In this document: positions 22,512-35,775 of the stretch, one piece after another | Numbering within the stretch: position 1 is the first letter of the stretch | How the letters are laid out: each line of letters opens with the position of its first letter | Source: Octopus sinensis | Taxonomy: Eukaryota | Length of the DNA: 40,828 nucleotides | Direction: 5' to 3' | Assembly: GCF_006345805.1 (NCBI RefSeq) | Contig: NW_021832037.1 | Span: forward strand, 1 to 40,828 | The notes under the pieces: model-generated | Seen by the model: the letters and a program-made list of their open reading frames with translations, nothing else | Told to the model about the DNA's origin: nothing | Database searches by the model: none | Position numbers and translations under genes: made by a program

Positions 22512-22852
22512 TTCTTTTACTTGTTTCGGTCTGCGGGGCAGTGTTTGAATTTGTTTTAGTCGAATGAATCGACCCCAGTGCTTATTCCATCGACATGTTT
22601 GGACGAACCGCTAAGTTATGGAGACGCAAACACACCAATACCAGTTGTCAGGCGGTGGTGGAAGCGTACACACAGACATAAAAACACATACATGGATTTA
22701 CATCCATGTATATATATGACGGGCTTCTTTTAGTTTCCGTCTACCAAATGTACTCACAAGGCTTTGATCGGCCCGGGGCAATGGCAGAAGACATTTGCCC
22801 TAGGTGCCACGCAGTGGCACTGAGCCATGTGACTGGGAAGCAAGCTTCTTAG
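22512..22852 (-). mobile_element. CORE-like tRNA SINE, family C
   Basis: Reverse complement of the 30584-30957 type: AAGCTTGCTTCCCA...CACTGCGTGGCACC..GGGCAA.TGTCTTCT...AAAGCCTTGTGAG. Confidence 0.8.
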
Positions 22853-23009
22853 AGCTGAGATGTTCTAGAAACAGCTGTCAGAGATAATCTAAACTTTTTA
22901 TTATAAAGTTAAATTAAATGTCTTTCTCAAGTCTTCCAAAGCTGTTTGCCTTTTCTATTCTGCTTTAATCTGTCTTCTGTCTGTCTGTCTATCTATTTGT
23001 CTTTCTCAC

Positions 23010-23051
<42 letters not shown>

Positions 23052-23070
23052 TCTGTATATATATATATTT

Positions 23071-23276
23071 GTCCACTCAGCCGGCAAAAATGAGTTGTAT
23101 TTGTAAATTCAAAGGGCCAACCTTGTCACATTCCGAGCGTTACGTGGAAACTCCTTGAGTATTACATTAAGGGTACGTGTGTATGAGGGATGCTCAGCCA
23201 CTCAGCGTGTTAATTCAACTAGCAGACTGTTGATCGGATCAACTGGAACACTCGTCGTCGTTGCTGACGGAGTGCC
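23071..23276 (+). mobile_element. 3' half of a family B-related SINE
   Basis: TCAAAGGGCCAACCTTGTCAC...TTAAGGGTAC...GATCGGATCAACTGGAAC...GACGGAGTGCCA matches the tail of 3771-4155. Confidence 0.75.
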
Positions 23277-23408
23277 AAAGACACACACAAAATATAATTT
23301 CACATCATCTTATCTCTGTTCTTCCTATCTTTCCTTCTTCCTTTCTACCTATTTTCTTTGTTGTCCGCGTCTCTGTACACATCTTTCACTTTCCTAGACA
23401 TATATGAA

Positions 23409-23602
23409 GGCGGCGAGCTGGCAGAAACGTTAGCACGCCAGGCGAAATGCGTAGCCGTATTTCGTTTGCCGTTACGTTCTGGGTTCAAATTCCGCCGAGG
23501 TCGACTTTGCCTTTCATCACTTTGGGGTCGATAAATTAAGTACCAGTTACGCACTGGGGTCGATGTAATCGACTTAATCCCTTTGTCTGTCCTTGTTTGT
23601 CT
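23409..23602 (+). mobile_element. Near-consensus SINE family A
   Basis: GGCGGCGAGCTGGCAGAAACGTTAG (A box) and GGGTTCAAATTCC (B box); 3' end truncated. Confidence 0.9.
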
Positions 23603-24578
23603 CTGAGTCTACCCCCATCTCTCTGTCTCTCACTTTCTCTCTCAATCTCTCTTATTGACGCATGCACACACTTATACTACACATTTCGCATCAAAGAGAT
23701 TGAGACGTAGCGAGATAGAGAGAGAGATAAAGAGAAATAGAGAGAGAAAAAAAGGGAGAGAGAGAGAGAGAGAGAGAGAGAACAGGGCCCAGCGGGGTAA
23801 CTGCTAACACAATGCAAAGTAAAGAAAAAAGTAAAGAAACGTCTAGCAGTGGACCAACAGATGGACGCACGCACACACACGCGCACACACATCCATATCG
23901 CAGTCCTTTAAACGTACTTATAAATGCTTATACATATAAGGGTACTTTGAGGTATACACGAAAACAGGGAGATTGTTGGATTTATTAATTAGTTTTAAAT
24001 TAAATAACATTACAGAATATATAGAAAGACAAATATTACGACAAAAGCTCTATTTCTCTTTCACTCACTCACTCTCGCTCTCTCGCTGTCTCTCTCTCCT
24101 CCTCTTTCACACTCTCTCTCTTCCTCTTTCACACTCTCTCTCTCTTCCTCTTTCACACTCTCTCTCTCTCTTATATAAAGACGCATACGCTTGTACACGT
24201 ATATGGGTGTGGAGGAGAGAGCGATTGACGTGGAGAGCAAAACGGAAGAAGAACAGAGATAGAATTGGAGAGATAGACCTTGGAGTAGATAAACAAAAAT
24301 ATGAGTTGTTAGACGGATCGATAGTTAGAAAGACATGGTTAGAAGACAAATAGACCGATAAATAGATACATAGCTCGACAGATCGATAAAAAGACACTTA
24401 GATATATAGATAAAGACATGCATCGATGGATACAAAAAACGACGGACTGTCAAATAGACATATACATACATAGAGAGATTGTTAGGTAGACTAAGAGGTA
24501 GAAGAATAGATAGACAGACAAATAGATAAATAGATATATAAATGGACAGATAGATAAATAGATAGATTTATAGATATG

Positions 24579-24637
<59 letters not shown>

Positions 24638-24645
24638 TTAGATAT

Positions 24646-24682
<37 letters not shown>

Positions 24683-24752
24683 CAGACAAATAGACAGTCA
24701 GATAAATACATAGACAAAGATAAATCGATAGATAATAGATAAATAGGTAGTA

Positions 24753-24868
<116 letters not shown>

Positions 24869-24894
24869 GTTTCTTTATTAGCCACACAGGGCTG

Positions 24895-24960
<66 letters not shown>

Positions 24961-25825
24961 TATATATATATATAGATAGATAGATAGATAGATAGATAGA
25001 TGATAGATAATAGATAGATAGATAGATAGATAGAAAGAAAAATATACAATCCTTTAGGTAGATATATAGACAGACAGATAAAAAGATAAATAAATAGTTA
25101 GATAGATTGATAGATAGATGGAGAGATAAATTGATGGATAGATAGACTGATAGATAGATAGAAAAATAGACAGAAAATACATAGATACATAGACAGGGAT
25201 AGATAGTCAGACAGATAGATCGATAGATATACAGTTAAATAGCGAAACTGATACACACATACACACATATATATATAGTACACGTACACATACACACGAA
25301 TGGGAGATAGACAGAAAGATAGAGAAAGGGATATAGAAAGATAGATAGGTAGATAGATAGATAGTGTGGAGAGAGAGAGAGAGAGAGTGAAAGAGAGAGA
25401 GGGGGAGAAAGAGAGGGAAGACAGCGATAGAGAAAGAGAGAATGAGAGAGAGAAGGAGAGAGAAGGAGAGAGAGAGAATGATTGAGAGGGCGAAAGAGTG
25501 AGAGAGAGAAAGTGAAAGAAAGAGAGAGAGAGTGATATTATGTCACCTACCATTGTCCACGGTGTACACCATCCCGGTTTCACTGACCGCTTGTTCGACA
25601 TCATTGGCCAAGCTCTTATCATGTCCGACACCCCCACCCCCCAAATATCAGGTCTTCTACCTCTCTCCTCCTCTCTTACTCTCCAGCTCTTCTCCTCTCC
25701 CACTCCTCTTTCCTTCCACTGCCCACTAAATGTCCGCTTATTAATGAGGTAAGTCTCGGTAGGTAGTATTCGATCACTGCACTCGGGATTAGTAGTGAAA
25801 TGTGTCGGGAGAGATGAGGGATCAG

Positions 25826-25880
<55 letters not shown>

Positions 25881-26110
25881 GAGAGATGGCTCAATACATA
25901 TAGATATAGGTATATAGAGATAGATAAGATAGATAGATAGATAGAGATGAGAGAGAGAGAGAGAGAGAGAGGGGGAGAGGAAGTGACCAAGTGAGGTTTG
26001 TCCAGACCGTCCCAGATGAATCTAGGTGAGAGCGAAGAAGATCGGAGCAGGTATATCTGTCACCGCTCGGGATGATGGCGGTCAACTGATAATGATGCAG
26101 GAGGTGGGTC

Positions 26111-26150
<40 letters not shown>

Positions 26151-26636
26151 CAAAGAGGGAGACAGATAGATAGATAGATTGATAGAGATAGAGACAGCTA
26201 AACAGAAAGAGAGAGAGAGGTAAGGAGAGTTGAAAATAGAGTGAAGTGTGATAGTAGAGGTGGCGGTGGAGGTGGATTGTAAATGGGTGGTGACGGTGAG
26301 ATGCTGCTGCTGCTGCTGCTGCTGTTGGATGTGCGTGGACCAGGTAGATGAAGACCGTGTTATGTTACAGTGAGAGTGTGTGTCTTTGTGTAAGTGTGTC
26401 TGTGAATATATGCATGTACTCGGACGTATGTACGTCTTTAATATGTATGTATGAATGCATGTATGTATGTATGTATGTATGTATGTATGTATGTATGTAT
26501 GTATGTATGTGTGTATGTATGTATGTATGTATGTATGTATATATATATATTGAGAGAGAGAGAGAGGTATATAACGGTCAACGATATAACTACATTTCTA
26601 AGTAAATGTATGTCTAAATGTATGTGAGTGAAAGTG

Positions 26637-26710
<74 letters not shown>

Positions 26711-27010
26711 TGTGTGTGTGTGTGTGAATATATATATATCTATGTATGTATATATATGTATATATATATATATGTACATATATATGTATATGTATATATA
26801 TATGTGTGTGTGTATCTATATATATGTGTATGCATACATATATATCTATGTTATGTGCATATGTATATTTATTAGGATATAAGTATATATGTATATAGTT
26901 ATATCAAACTGTCAAGATGTTTGGCGTGTATGTGTATAAGTATGTAATATGGAGTAAAGTATGAGTGTGTATGTAACAATGTATGCCTGTGTGTATGCAA
27001 GTATGTATAA

Positions 27011-27047
<37 letters not shown>

Positions 27048-27137
27048 GTCTGTGTGTGGCTGTGAATGCAAGTTGTGATGCTGATATGAAGAGATATACA
27101 TTTGAATAGCAAAATGGAAAGATAGATAAATGCATCA

Positions 27138-27199
<62 letters not shown>

Positions 27200-27587
27200 G
27201 GATGGATAGATAGATAGATAATTGTCCGACAGATGGTTGGATTGGTTGTGATTTCGATGAATCGATAACTGACTAAAATATCAGGTAGATTTATGGATAG
27301 GTAAGAAAAATGATATGTAGATAAATGCATACACACACATATGAATAATCAAAAAAACTTCGCTAGTTATATGTATAAGAATAGTTAATTATATGCAAAA
27401 CAATATGAACATAAAACGGAAAAACATAAACGATAAATGGGAAGAGAAATAGCTCGGGATGTTGGATACATTGACATATTGATATATAGCCATAGAAATA
27501 GAAAAATCGACAGAGAGACAGAAAGATAGATATAGAAATAGACTGATAGAGAGATTGATAGATAGATAGATATATAGATGGATAGAT

Positions 27588-27664
<77 letters not shown>

Positions 27665-27959
27665 GGATAGTTAGATAGATCGGCTGAAGGATGCGGTGAG
27701 TAGGAGAAATGATTAGTCGTGGTATGTAAGAAAGTAATTGAATAGATAGGCATATATCAGAATAGCAATAGATAGATAAAGAGATCGACGGATAGATTAA
27801 TTATATTGATAAATTATATATGATAAGATAGAGGTAGAAAGATACTGAGTGATCGACTGATAATAGGATGGATCAATAGATAGTTAGTATAGGTATGTTG
27901 CACCTAGAAGAATTAATCAGCTGTTTGTGATTGCATAGGACAATATGCTAAATTGACAA

Positions 27960-28077
27960 ATAGTCAAGTAGATAGAATGGTGAATAGATAAGCAGTTAGC
28001 TATATATATTATATATATATATATATATATAATATAGCTAACTGCTTATCTATCCATCATTCTATCTACTTGACTAT
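27960..28077. repeat. Local inverted duplication around a (TA)n core
   Basis: TAGTCAAGTAGATAGAATGGTGAATAGATAAGCAGTTAGCTATAT is the reverse complement of 28032-28076 with two mismatches. Confidence 0.92.
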
Positions 28078-28147
28078 ATATATATATATAGCTAGGGAAG
28101 CAAATAGACAGATGACGCTACATATGGAAAATTAGTGTGTGCATGAG

Positions 28148-28181
<34 letters not shown>

Positions 28182-28392
28182 TCATATGTATGTAAATGTG
28201 TGCGTGCATGCGTGTGTGCGTGTGTGTGTGTTTGTGTGTGTTTGTGTGTGTGTGTGTGTGTGTAAAGGCAATAGGACGTTCAGGTAAAATTTGCAAGGTA
28301 TGTCACACAGAGCTAATGACAAAACTAAACAGCTGTTGTGATTTAGCAGAGCTAAAGTGTGTGCAAGACAGGTTGCTAGTTGCATCTCTCAG

Positions 28393-28434
28393 CAGTCAGC
28401 TGATCTCATCATCTCCATGCAGGACGGTCGACAG
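28393..28434 (+). CDS. Possible 42-nt micro-exon (QSADLIISMQDGRQ) of an unidentified gene
   Basis: CATCTCTCAG acceptor, CAG|GTGAGA donor, length a multiple of 3, non-repetitive island; no homology recognised. Confidence 0.2.
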
Positions 28435-28487
28435 GTGAGACTGGCAACCAAGTTAGGTAATGGTTAATGATAATGATAATCATAATG

Positions 28488-28527
<40 letters not shown>

Positions 28528-28662
28528 TAATAACAATAATAACAACAACAACAACAACAACAATAACAATACTTTTATTATCAATTTTATTATTATTATT
28601 ATTATTATTATTTTTACGATGATGATGTTGATAAAATAGTAATAATAATAATAATAATAATG

Positions 28663-28714
<52 letters not shown>

Positions 28715-28716
28715 GG

Positions 28717-28764
<48 letters not shown>

Positions 28765-28818
28765 GGATATTAATATTAATAGCGATGATGATGATGATGA
28801 TGATGATGGTGATGATGG

Positions 28819-28869
<51 letters not shown>

Positions 28870-28871
28870 CG

Positions 28872-29261
28872 ATCCTTTCTACTATAGACACAAGGACTGA
28901 AAATTTGTGGACGGGATCTAGTATTGTGTCGACGTCAGTACTCAGCTGGTAATTATTCCATCAACCCCGAAGAGTTGGCAGGTAAAGTGGATCTCGGCGG
29001 AATTTGAACACAGATCGTAGCGACAAACGAAATACCTATTTCTTTACTACCTACAGGAGGCTAAACACAGAGAGGACAAACAAGGACAGACAAATGGATT
29101 AAGTCGATTATATCGACCCCAGTGCGTAACTGGTACTTATTTAATCGACCCCGAAATGATGAAAGTCGACCTCGGCGGAATTTGAACTCACAACGTAACG
29201 GCAGACGAAATACCGATATGCATTTCGTCCGGCGTGATAACGATTCTGTCAGCTTACCGCT
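28872..29261 (-). mobile_element. Two adjacent family A SINEs (younger 29035-29261, older 28872-29034)
   Basis: CTCGGCGGAATTTGAAC occurs twice; the younger copy has the AAAGAAATAGG tail. Confidence 0.85.
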
Positions 29262-29328
<67 letters not shown>

Positions 29329-29350
29329 TGATGATGATGATGTTAATTAA

Positions 29351-29403
<53 letters not shown>

Positions 29404-29409
29404 TGATGT

Positions 29410-30248
29410 AGACCAAGCAATAACCTGTCAGTGACTGAGTAACTGAGGACTGAATGTTTTATATTTGCGGCGCAAGGTCAAAGCTTGCATTCCAAAAACT
29501 ACCAGGCTAACGTTCTTCAAAACGGTTCTGAGCCTAAATGCAGATTCTGCGATACATTTGATGAAAGAATAGACATTTCGTCTTGGAATGTCCTGTGCTG
29601 ACACCAAACGAATACAAAAATCGCCATAATAGGGTAGAAAATTATTTACATTGGAAAATATGTAAACACTACAAAATCATCATTCCTGCTTGCTGGTATG
29701 AAGAGCGTCCTGAGCCAGTCGTTGAAGGTAAAAATGTCACTATCCTCTGGGACTTTCCAGTCAACACCGACAGCACTTTCCAGGTTAGCCTTAGTCATTA
29801 GAGACAGGAAAGAAAATACTTGTAAACCAATAGATGTAGGTGTTCCCACTGATAAAAATATATCTGCAAAGGAATTTGACAAATTAAGTAAATATAAAGA
29901 CCTGGAAACTGAAATACAAAAGATGTGGCATTTTAAAACGAGAATTGCTCCTGTTATTGTGGCTTCCCTACGTATGATAAGAAAGGAATGTCTGAAAGAT
30001 CTAGATAATATCCCAGGAGGACCATGTCTCAGAGAATTCCAAAAGATTGTGCTGACAAGTACTGTCCACATCCTTAGAAGAACTCTACCGATTTAAGTGT
30101 CAGTGTTGTATTACATGAAGATATTTCGCTACTGCTTCCCCTCCTTAGGCTTTCAGTCATATTGTAACATCTCTTATCCTTCACTCGCCCCAGGACACTG
30201 GGTGTGTTCCGGCAAGTGATAGTAACAAACATGCAGATTAAAAGTAAA
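29410..30248 (+). mobile_element. 5'-truncated Dong/R4-type LINE (CCHC, RLE, 3'UTR), family 3
   Basis: FIFAAQ..SL..KNYQANVL...KCRFCD...ECPVLTPNEYKNRHNRVENYLHW...ILWDFP...KYKDLETEIQKMW...HILRRTL*; long (AAT)n 5' and AATAATAAT 3'. Confidence 0.92.
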
Positions 30249-30258
30249 TAATAATAAT

Positions 30259-30488
30259 GATCCTTTCTACTATAGGCACAAGGTCTGAAATTTCGGGATA
30301 ATAATAATGGTCTCAAAATTTGGTACACGACCAGCAATTTCGAGAGAGGGGTTAAGTTGATTAGATCGACCCCAATGCTCAACTGGTATTCATTTTATCG
30401 ACCCCAAAAGACAAAGGGCAAAGATGACCTTGGTGAAATTTGAACTCCGCTAAGCATTTTGTCCCATGTGCTAACATTTTTGCTAGCT
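30259..30488 (-). mobile_element. SINE family A with two alternative 3' tails
   Basis: ATCCTTTCTACTATAGGCACAAGG and GGTCTCAAAATTTGGTACAC tails; GAAATTTGAACTCC. Confidence 0.75.
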
Positions 30489-30583
30489 AATGGTAATTAA
30501 TTGGTAATTAACATCTAATGGTAGTTAAGTAGGGTTGGAAACATTTTTGGTGAGTGTGTGTGGTGTGAATAAAATGTCGGGCA

Positions 30584-30957
30584 GGCGTGGCTGTGTGGCA
30601 AGAAGCTTGCATCCCAACCAGATGGTTCCGTGTTTAGCACAACTGCGTGACACCTTGGGCAGGTATCTTCTGTTATAGCCTCGGATCGACCAAAGCCTTG
30701 TGAGTGGATTTGGTACACTGAACAGGAAAAATGCCCGCCGTATTCACACGCACCACATACACACACATATATGTATGTATATAGCTATGTCTGTGTGTCG
30801 CTTGACAACCGGCGTTGGCGTGTTTAGGTCCTCGTAATCTAGCAGTTCAACCAAAGCTATCGATAGGATAAGAACCAGACTTAAAAAAGGAAGTACTGCT
30901 GTCGATTCATTCGACTAAAATTCTTGAAGGTGGTGACCCAGCATGGCCGCAATCTAA
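30584..30957 (+). mobile_element. CORE-like tRNA SINE, family C
   Basis: GGCGTGGCTGTGTGGCAAGAAG head; CACCTTGGGCAGGTATCTTCT CORE-like block; CCAGCATGGCCGCA tail. Confidence 0.85.
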
Positions 30958-31000
30958 TAAATAGATATACATGCATATATATGTATGTATGCGTGTGTGT

Positions 31001-31282
31001 GAGGACGCATGACCTAATGGTTAGGGTGTTGTACTCATCGCAGAATCGCGGTGTCAATTCCTAAACCGGGTGGTGCGTTGTGCAAAACACTTCATCTCAC
31101 ATTGCTCTTCTATCACTTCGAGACCTGGCCGTAGTACACCGTGCATCTGTTCAGGCAACATCGATTTTATGGAAGGAATAAGTTAATGTACGCACATACT
31201 TTTGATGACAAAATGCAAATTATTTGTGCAGGTCTTTCGACAAAAGCTGAAGGCTTATACGCTGTCTTCGACGGAGAGTCCA
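31001..31282 (+). mobile_element. tRNA-derived SINE, family D
   Basis: GAGGACGCATGACCTAATGGTTAGGGT head; tail TTCGACAAAAGCTGAA...CTTCGACGGAGAG shared with 35474-35690. Confidence 0.75.
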
Positions 31283-31283
31283 G

Positions 31284-31326
<43 letters not shown>

Positions 31327-31352
31327 ATAATCTATCTATCTATCTATCTATA

Positions 31353-31383
<31 letters not shown>

Positions 31384-31393
31384 ATATTATATA

Positions 31394-31429
<36 letters not shown>

Positions 31430-31472
31430 GTCTGTCTGTCTATCATCTATGTTTGTGTGCGCGTGTATATAT

Positions 31473-31542
<70 letters not shown>

Positions 31543-31544
<2 letters not shown>

Positions 31545-31672
31545 GAGAATTCACAAAAAAAAGACGAAGATAGGTGAAGGAACAACAGCATATACATTAG
31601 TTTGACACTCGGGAAGAATGGAAAAGTTTTTGGCGTTTCTACCGTACACTCTTCAACAGAAAGGTCTGAGAG
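31543..31672 (-). mobile_element. Family Q repeat, decayed copy
   Basis: GGGAGAATTCACAAAA...ACGAAGA.AGGTG...ACAACA.CA...ATATTAGT colinear with 21511-21632; both abut (TA)n at the same end. Confidence 0.65.
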
Positions 31673-32119
31673 GAACAAAAAAGAGAGAGAACAAAATAAA
31701 TAAATAAATATAAACGGTGAGAGATAAAAATGTGTGGGGATTAACGGTTCAACATGAAAATAATGAATATATATATATTTATAATAATAATAATAATGCA
31801 ACGCGATTTGAAGTTTCCTATTTTTGGAAGCTTAATTATCATCGAACATTAAAAATAATCCATAATCCCACACGGAAATAGCAGAGACAAATATTTATAG
31901 ATTGTTGTGAATAGCGTGATAAACTAACAAATTGTAGGAGGCGTATTTCATTATATAGTAATCATTAATAGGGTTACGTTATCTTCCATCGGCTGGTTCA
32001 AAATAATAAAGATATAAAAATGTAAGTATAATAAAATATGATTTGGTTAGGGGCAGATTTTTCAATAAATTGCTATAAACTTTTAAACTCATATAATAAA
32101 TCGCATCATATTATTTGTG

Positions 32120-32248
32120 ATTTTGGCACATCCGAAAGGATGAAAGGCAAAATGGATCTCAGCAGAATTTGAACTCAGAATGTGAAGACGGACGAAATGT
32201 CGCTAAACATTTCGCGCCCGACGTGCTAACGATTCTCCCATCTCACCG
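32120..32248 (-). mobile_element. 5' part of SINE family A
   Basis: GAAAGGATGAAAGGCAAAA...GAATTTGAACTCAGAA...GTGCTAACGATTCT. Confidence 0.75.
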
Positions 32249-32374
32249 ATTACTGCTATTTAAGAGATACTACGCGCAAATGAAGCTGAGACAGGTGTTG
32301 TATTATAAATGTCGGCAAACTTACCTATTTACCACCTCCTCCTCCTCCTCCTACTACTACTACTACTACTACCG

Positions 32375-33965
32375 ATAGTAAAGACGCGTAGCTGCTTTCC
32401 TAAAGCCATGTACCAGGTACTATTTGAAGCCTACCATATATATATATATATATATATATACATAAATTTCCGGAAGTACATCAATAACTTCCAAACCAAA
32501 GTTAAATCTCATTTTCTAGTAGATTAAAAATAATACACCTAATAAAAACATTGATATTCTTAGATAAAACTAAACATCTTTATGACTTAAGCTTTTAGTT
32601 GATAAAAGTGAGAGATTGTTACTTATGTAAAGACACCGACAGATAGCAATAAAAAGCGTGTTGTTTAATGCTATATTGGGTATCTCAAGTGCCGTAGATC
32701 AGATTAACATAAGATGATACTTTACAAGTACTTATACTCATCTCATAAATAAGGAAATTGCCCCGTATATGAAAACTAAAAACTAAAAAAAAAACACTGT
32801 AAATGTTACTGTAAGTACAAAAAGTGTGCACTGGTGCACACGCTTGCAATAGTATAAATGCTAACGTGTAAGATAGAGATCACAAACTTCAAATAAACTG
32901 TAGATTAGATCGCTTAGTTAAATGAGAATCACACGTCACGTTTAAGTAACATAAAAAGAATTTTGCCTCTAATCATATACCCAGATCAATCACTCCCGCA
33001 AAAACAAAGACCGGATTAATTACTATGAAAGTCTTAATCAATACTAGCAGCAAGATTAGAAAGGTAACCAACCAACAGCAATATAATTATAGTAGTACAA
33101 TCATTAGTTGGGTTAATGATATTAATAATAAACATGATTAAATTACTGAAATTTTCCTCCTATTTGGAAACCACTATTGATAAGAGCTTTAGAATTCATT
33201 AAAATATTTAGCAATATAGATGTGTAATAGATATTTTTAGGTATACTAGAAAAACTTTGTTCTTCAACAAACTTTCTATCTGGATTACAAACATTCAGAG
33301 CCACTGGTTTCTTGCTTCTTCAATATGGGGTTCAGTGATACGTTATCCCGTCGATCTGAATATCATAGACGCACTCAATAAGAAACTCAGTGCAATAGAT
33401 AGAGGCATATATCGTAACGATGGGTTGGATATAGCCAGTATACAATGGATATATATTAAATACGTTTAGAAAACTCTTAATTAATATTTTCAATAATTTC
33501 GGATTATAAATAATTGTCACCACTAACCTAAATATTTTCCATAACAGGATGTTACCACCAGCTTAGACAGTCAAATATAAACCACATAATAAATCTAATA
33601 GAACATTCATATATGTATTAATACAGATTCCTACAACTGGCACATAATTTTCTAAAAAAACCTTGATTAATAATATGAGTAGAAAATCATTAGCGTACCA
33701 TTGAATGGTGGTATCTTCGATGATACGGCTTGCTGTCACAATAAAATACTCAAAGCATCGGATTCAGAGACAAGATCACATTATTACTTGTTTACTAAAC
33801 CCATAATCAAATATTAGGAAAGGACACTGTAATATTATCGGTTCAACACATCTTCCTTAAATATTAAGTTTAATATTGTTATTAATCACCGATACCGAAT
33901 ATTATTCATAGAAAATATCTAAAACAAAAGGTACACTTGTATTACTAATATGAAAAACTTAATAT
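32375..33965 (+). mobile_element. Decayed Penelope-like reverse transcriptase (Naiad-type motifs)
   Basis: Frameshifted blocks: LFEAY..INFRKYINNFQTK; DRL..ESHVTFK*HKKNF; IISWVNDINNK; LLIRALEF; LFFNKLSIW...GIYRNDGL (YRDDG); TTNL; YKPHNKSN; YTCITNM. Confidence 0.8.
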
Positions 33966-34700
33966 GTATATCATTAACATTAATTGAAGTTAACTGCACG
34001 CAGAGGAGAGAAATACAAGTGCATGATACCCGTACAACGCTGAAGCGATCTTTTGCGAGGCACAAGACACCTTCATCAACTGAAATCTAAATATAGTACA
34101 TAAATACTATATATCTACTGTGAGGATAAATTCAGACACCAATTTTAAAGTACACTTCTTTCCAGAAATATAGTTGAGAGGAATGCAACAAAACTATTGA
34201 ATTACATCTAGAATTTTAAAGATCATACCACTACACTCGGCATTAAGCAGAAGATTATTGAAATATTTAAACCACAAAAGAAATTGTATAAAACAAGGAA
34301 GATAATGGATAGCAGAGTTGTAAAGTATGTCATACTGCATAACTGCAGCACATTTGTGGACTGAGAATGTTACTCTGGAAATTGTAACCAGTGTTTCCAT
34401 CTCAATAAATGTTTGCCGAAAAAAACAGAATCATTACAACACAAACCAACTGAATGACCATGAGCAAATGTACTCTTTATTTTTCTTCCGAGTTTTGCGT
34501 TACTCTAAGATATTCCTTCTTAACTTCGTGGTTCCTTCAGCGCTGTACGAAGATCGTGCACGTGAATCCATGTTTACTCACAGAGCCATACAAAAACTCA
34601 GTCATTGACCACTTACCTTACTCCAACTCATGAACATTTTTTTTGTATAAACAAAGGGGAAATAACTCCAGCCAACAACCAGTATACATTGAGTTAAGCT

Positions 34701-34912
34701 CATCCTTTTCTACTCTAGGCACAAGGCCCGAAATTTTGGGGTAGGGGGCCAGTCGATTAGATCGACTCCAGTGCACAACTGGTACTTAATTTATCGACCC
34801 CGAAAGGATGAAAGGCAAAGTCGACCTCGGCGGAGTTTGAACTCAGAACGTAAAGACAGACGAAATACTGCTAAGGATTTCGCCCGGCGTGCAAACGTTT
34901 CTGCCAGCTCGA
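34701..34912 (-). mobile_element. SINE family A
   Basis: Near-consensus reverse complement including GAGTTTGAACTC and GCAAACGTTTCTGCCAGCTC. Confidence 0.9.
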
Positions 34913-35291
34913 GTCGCAAACAAGCTAAACCGGAAACTCTGAAGACCACTGACAGTTAAAAAGGAAAAAAAATGTAAGTTGCTGATATGCTCGCGGACTA
35001 TTATATTTTTGTCGTCTAATGATTTATTCAATATTTCTGACAGTGAAACTTCAAGCCATGATTTGTATTCCCTATGGCTACACGCACAAACTCGCGCGCA
35101 CATACCTAGGTATGTATTGTGCAGTTAAAGTCACAAGATGGAATTTAGCATCAGCTTCGAATTTAATGAAAAAATTCTACACAGATGTATCAAGTACTTC
35201 CTCGTTTGTAAAAATACACACACACGCACACGCACACAAGACACACAAAACACACACACACACACACACACGCACACACAAGACACACAAA

Positions 35292-35322
<31 letters not shown>

Positions 35323-35433
35323 CAAGACACACAAAACACACACACACACACAAATAAACACACAAACACACACGCACAGACAAGACACACAAACAAACAC
35401 ACACACACACACAAACAAACACACACACAAACA

Positions 35434-35473
<40 letters not shown>

Positions 35474-35474
<1 letters not shown>

Positions 35475-35690
35475 TGATCTCTCCCGTCGATGACGAAGTA
35501 TGAGCATTCAGCTTTTGTCGAACGACTCGACGTTGCCCGTACAGGTGTGCACCGCTTACCACGCGTCAGGTGTCGAAGTGATCAAAGAGAAATGTGAAAT
35601 TAAGTGTTTTGCTTAAGAACACTCTGTCTAGGAATTGAAACTCCGATCCCGCGATCGTAAGTGTAACACCCTGACCACTACTGCTACTAC
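35474..35690 (-). mobile_element. SINE family D with internal deletion
   Basis: Minus strand TAGTGGTCAGGGTG...GTTTCAATTCCTAGAC...ATCACTTCGACACCTG...TTCGACAAAAGCTGAA. Confidence 0.7.
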
Positions 35691-35724
35691 TACTACACTA
35701 CTACTACTACAACTACTACTACTA

Positions 35725-35775
<51 letters not shown>

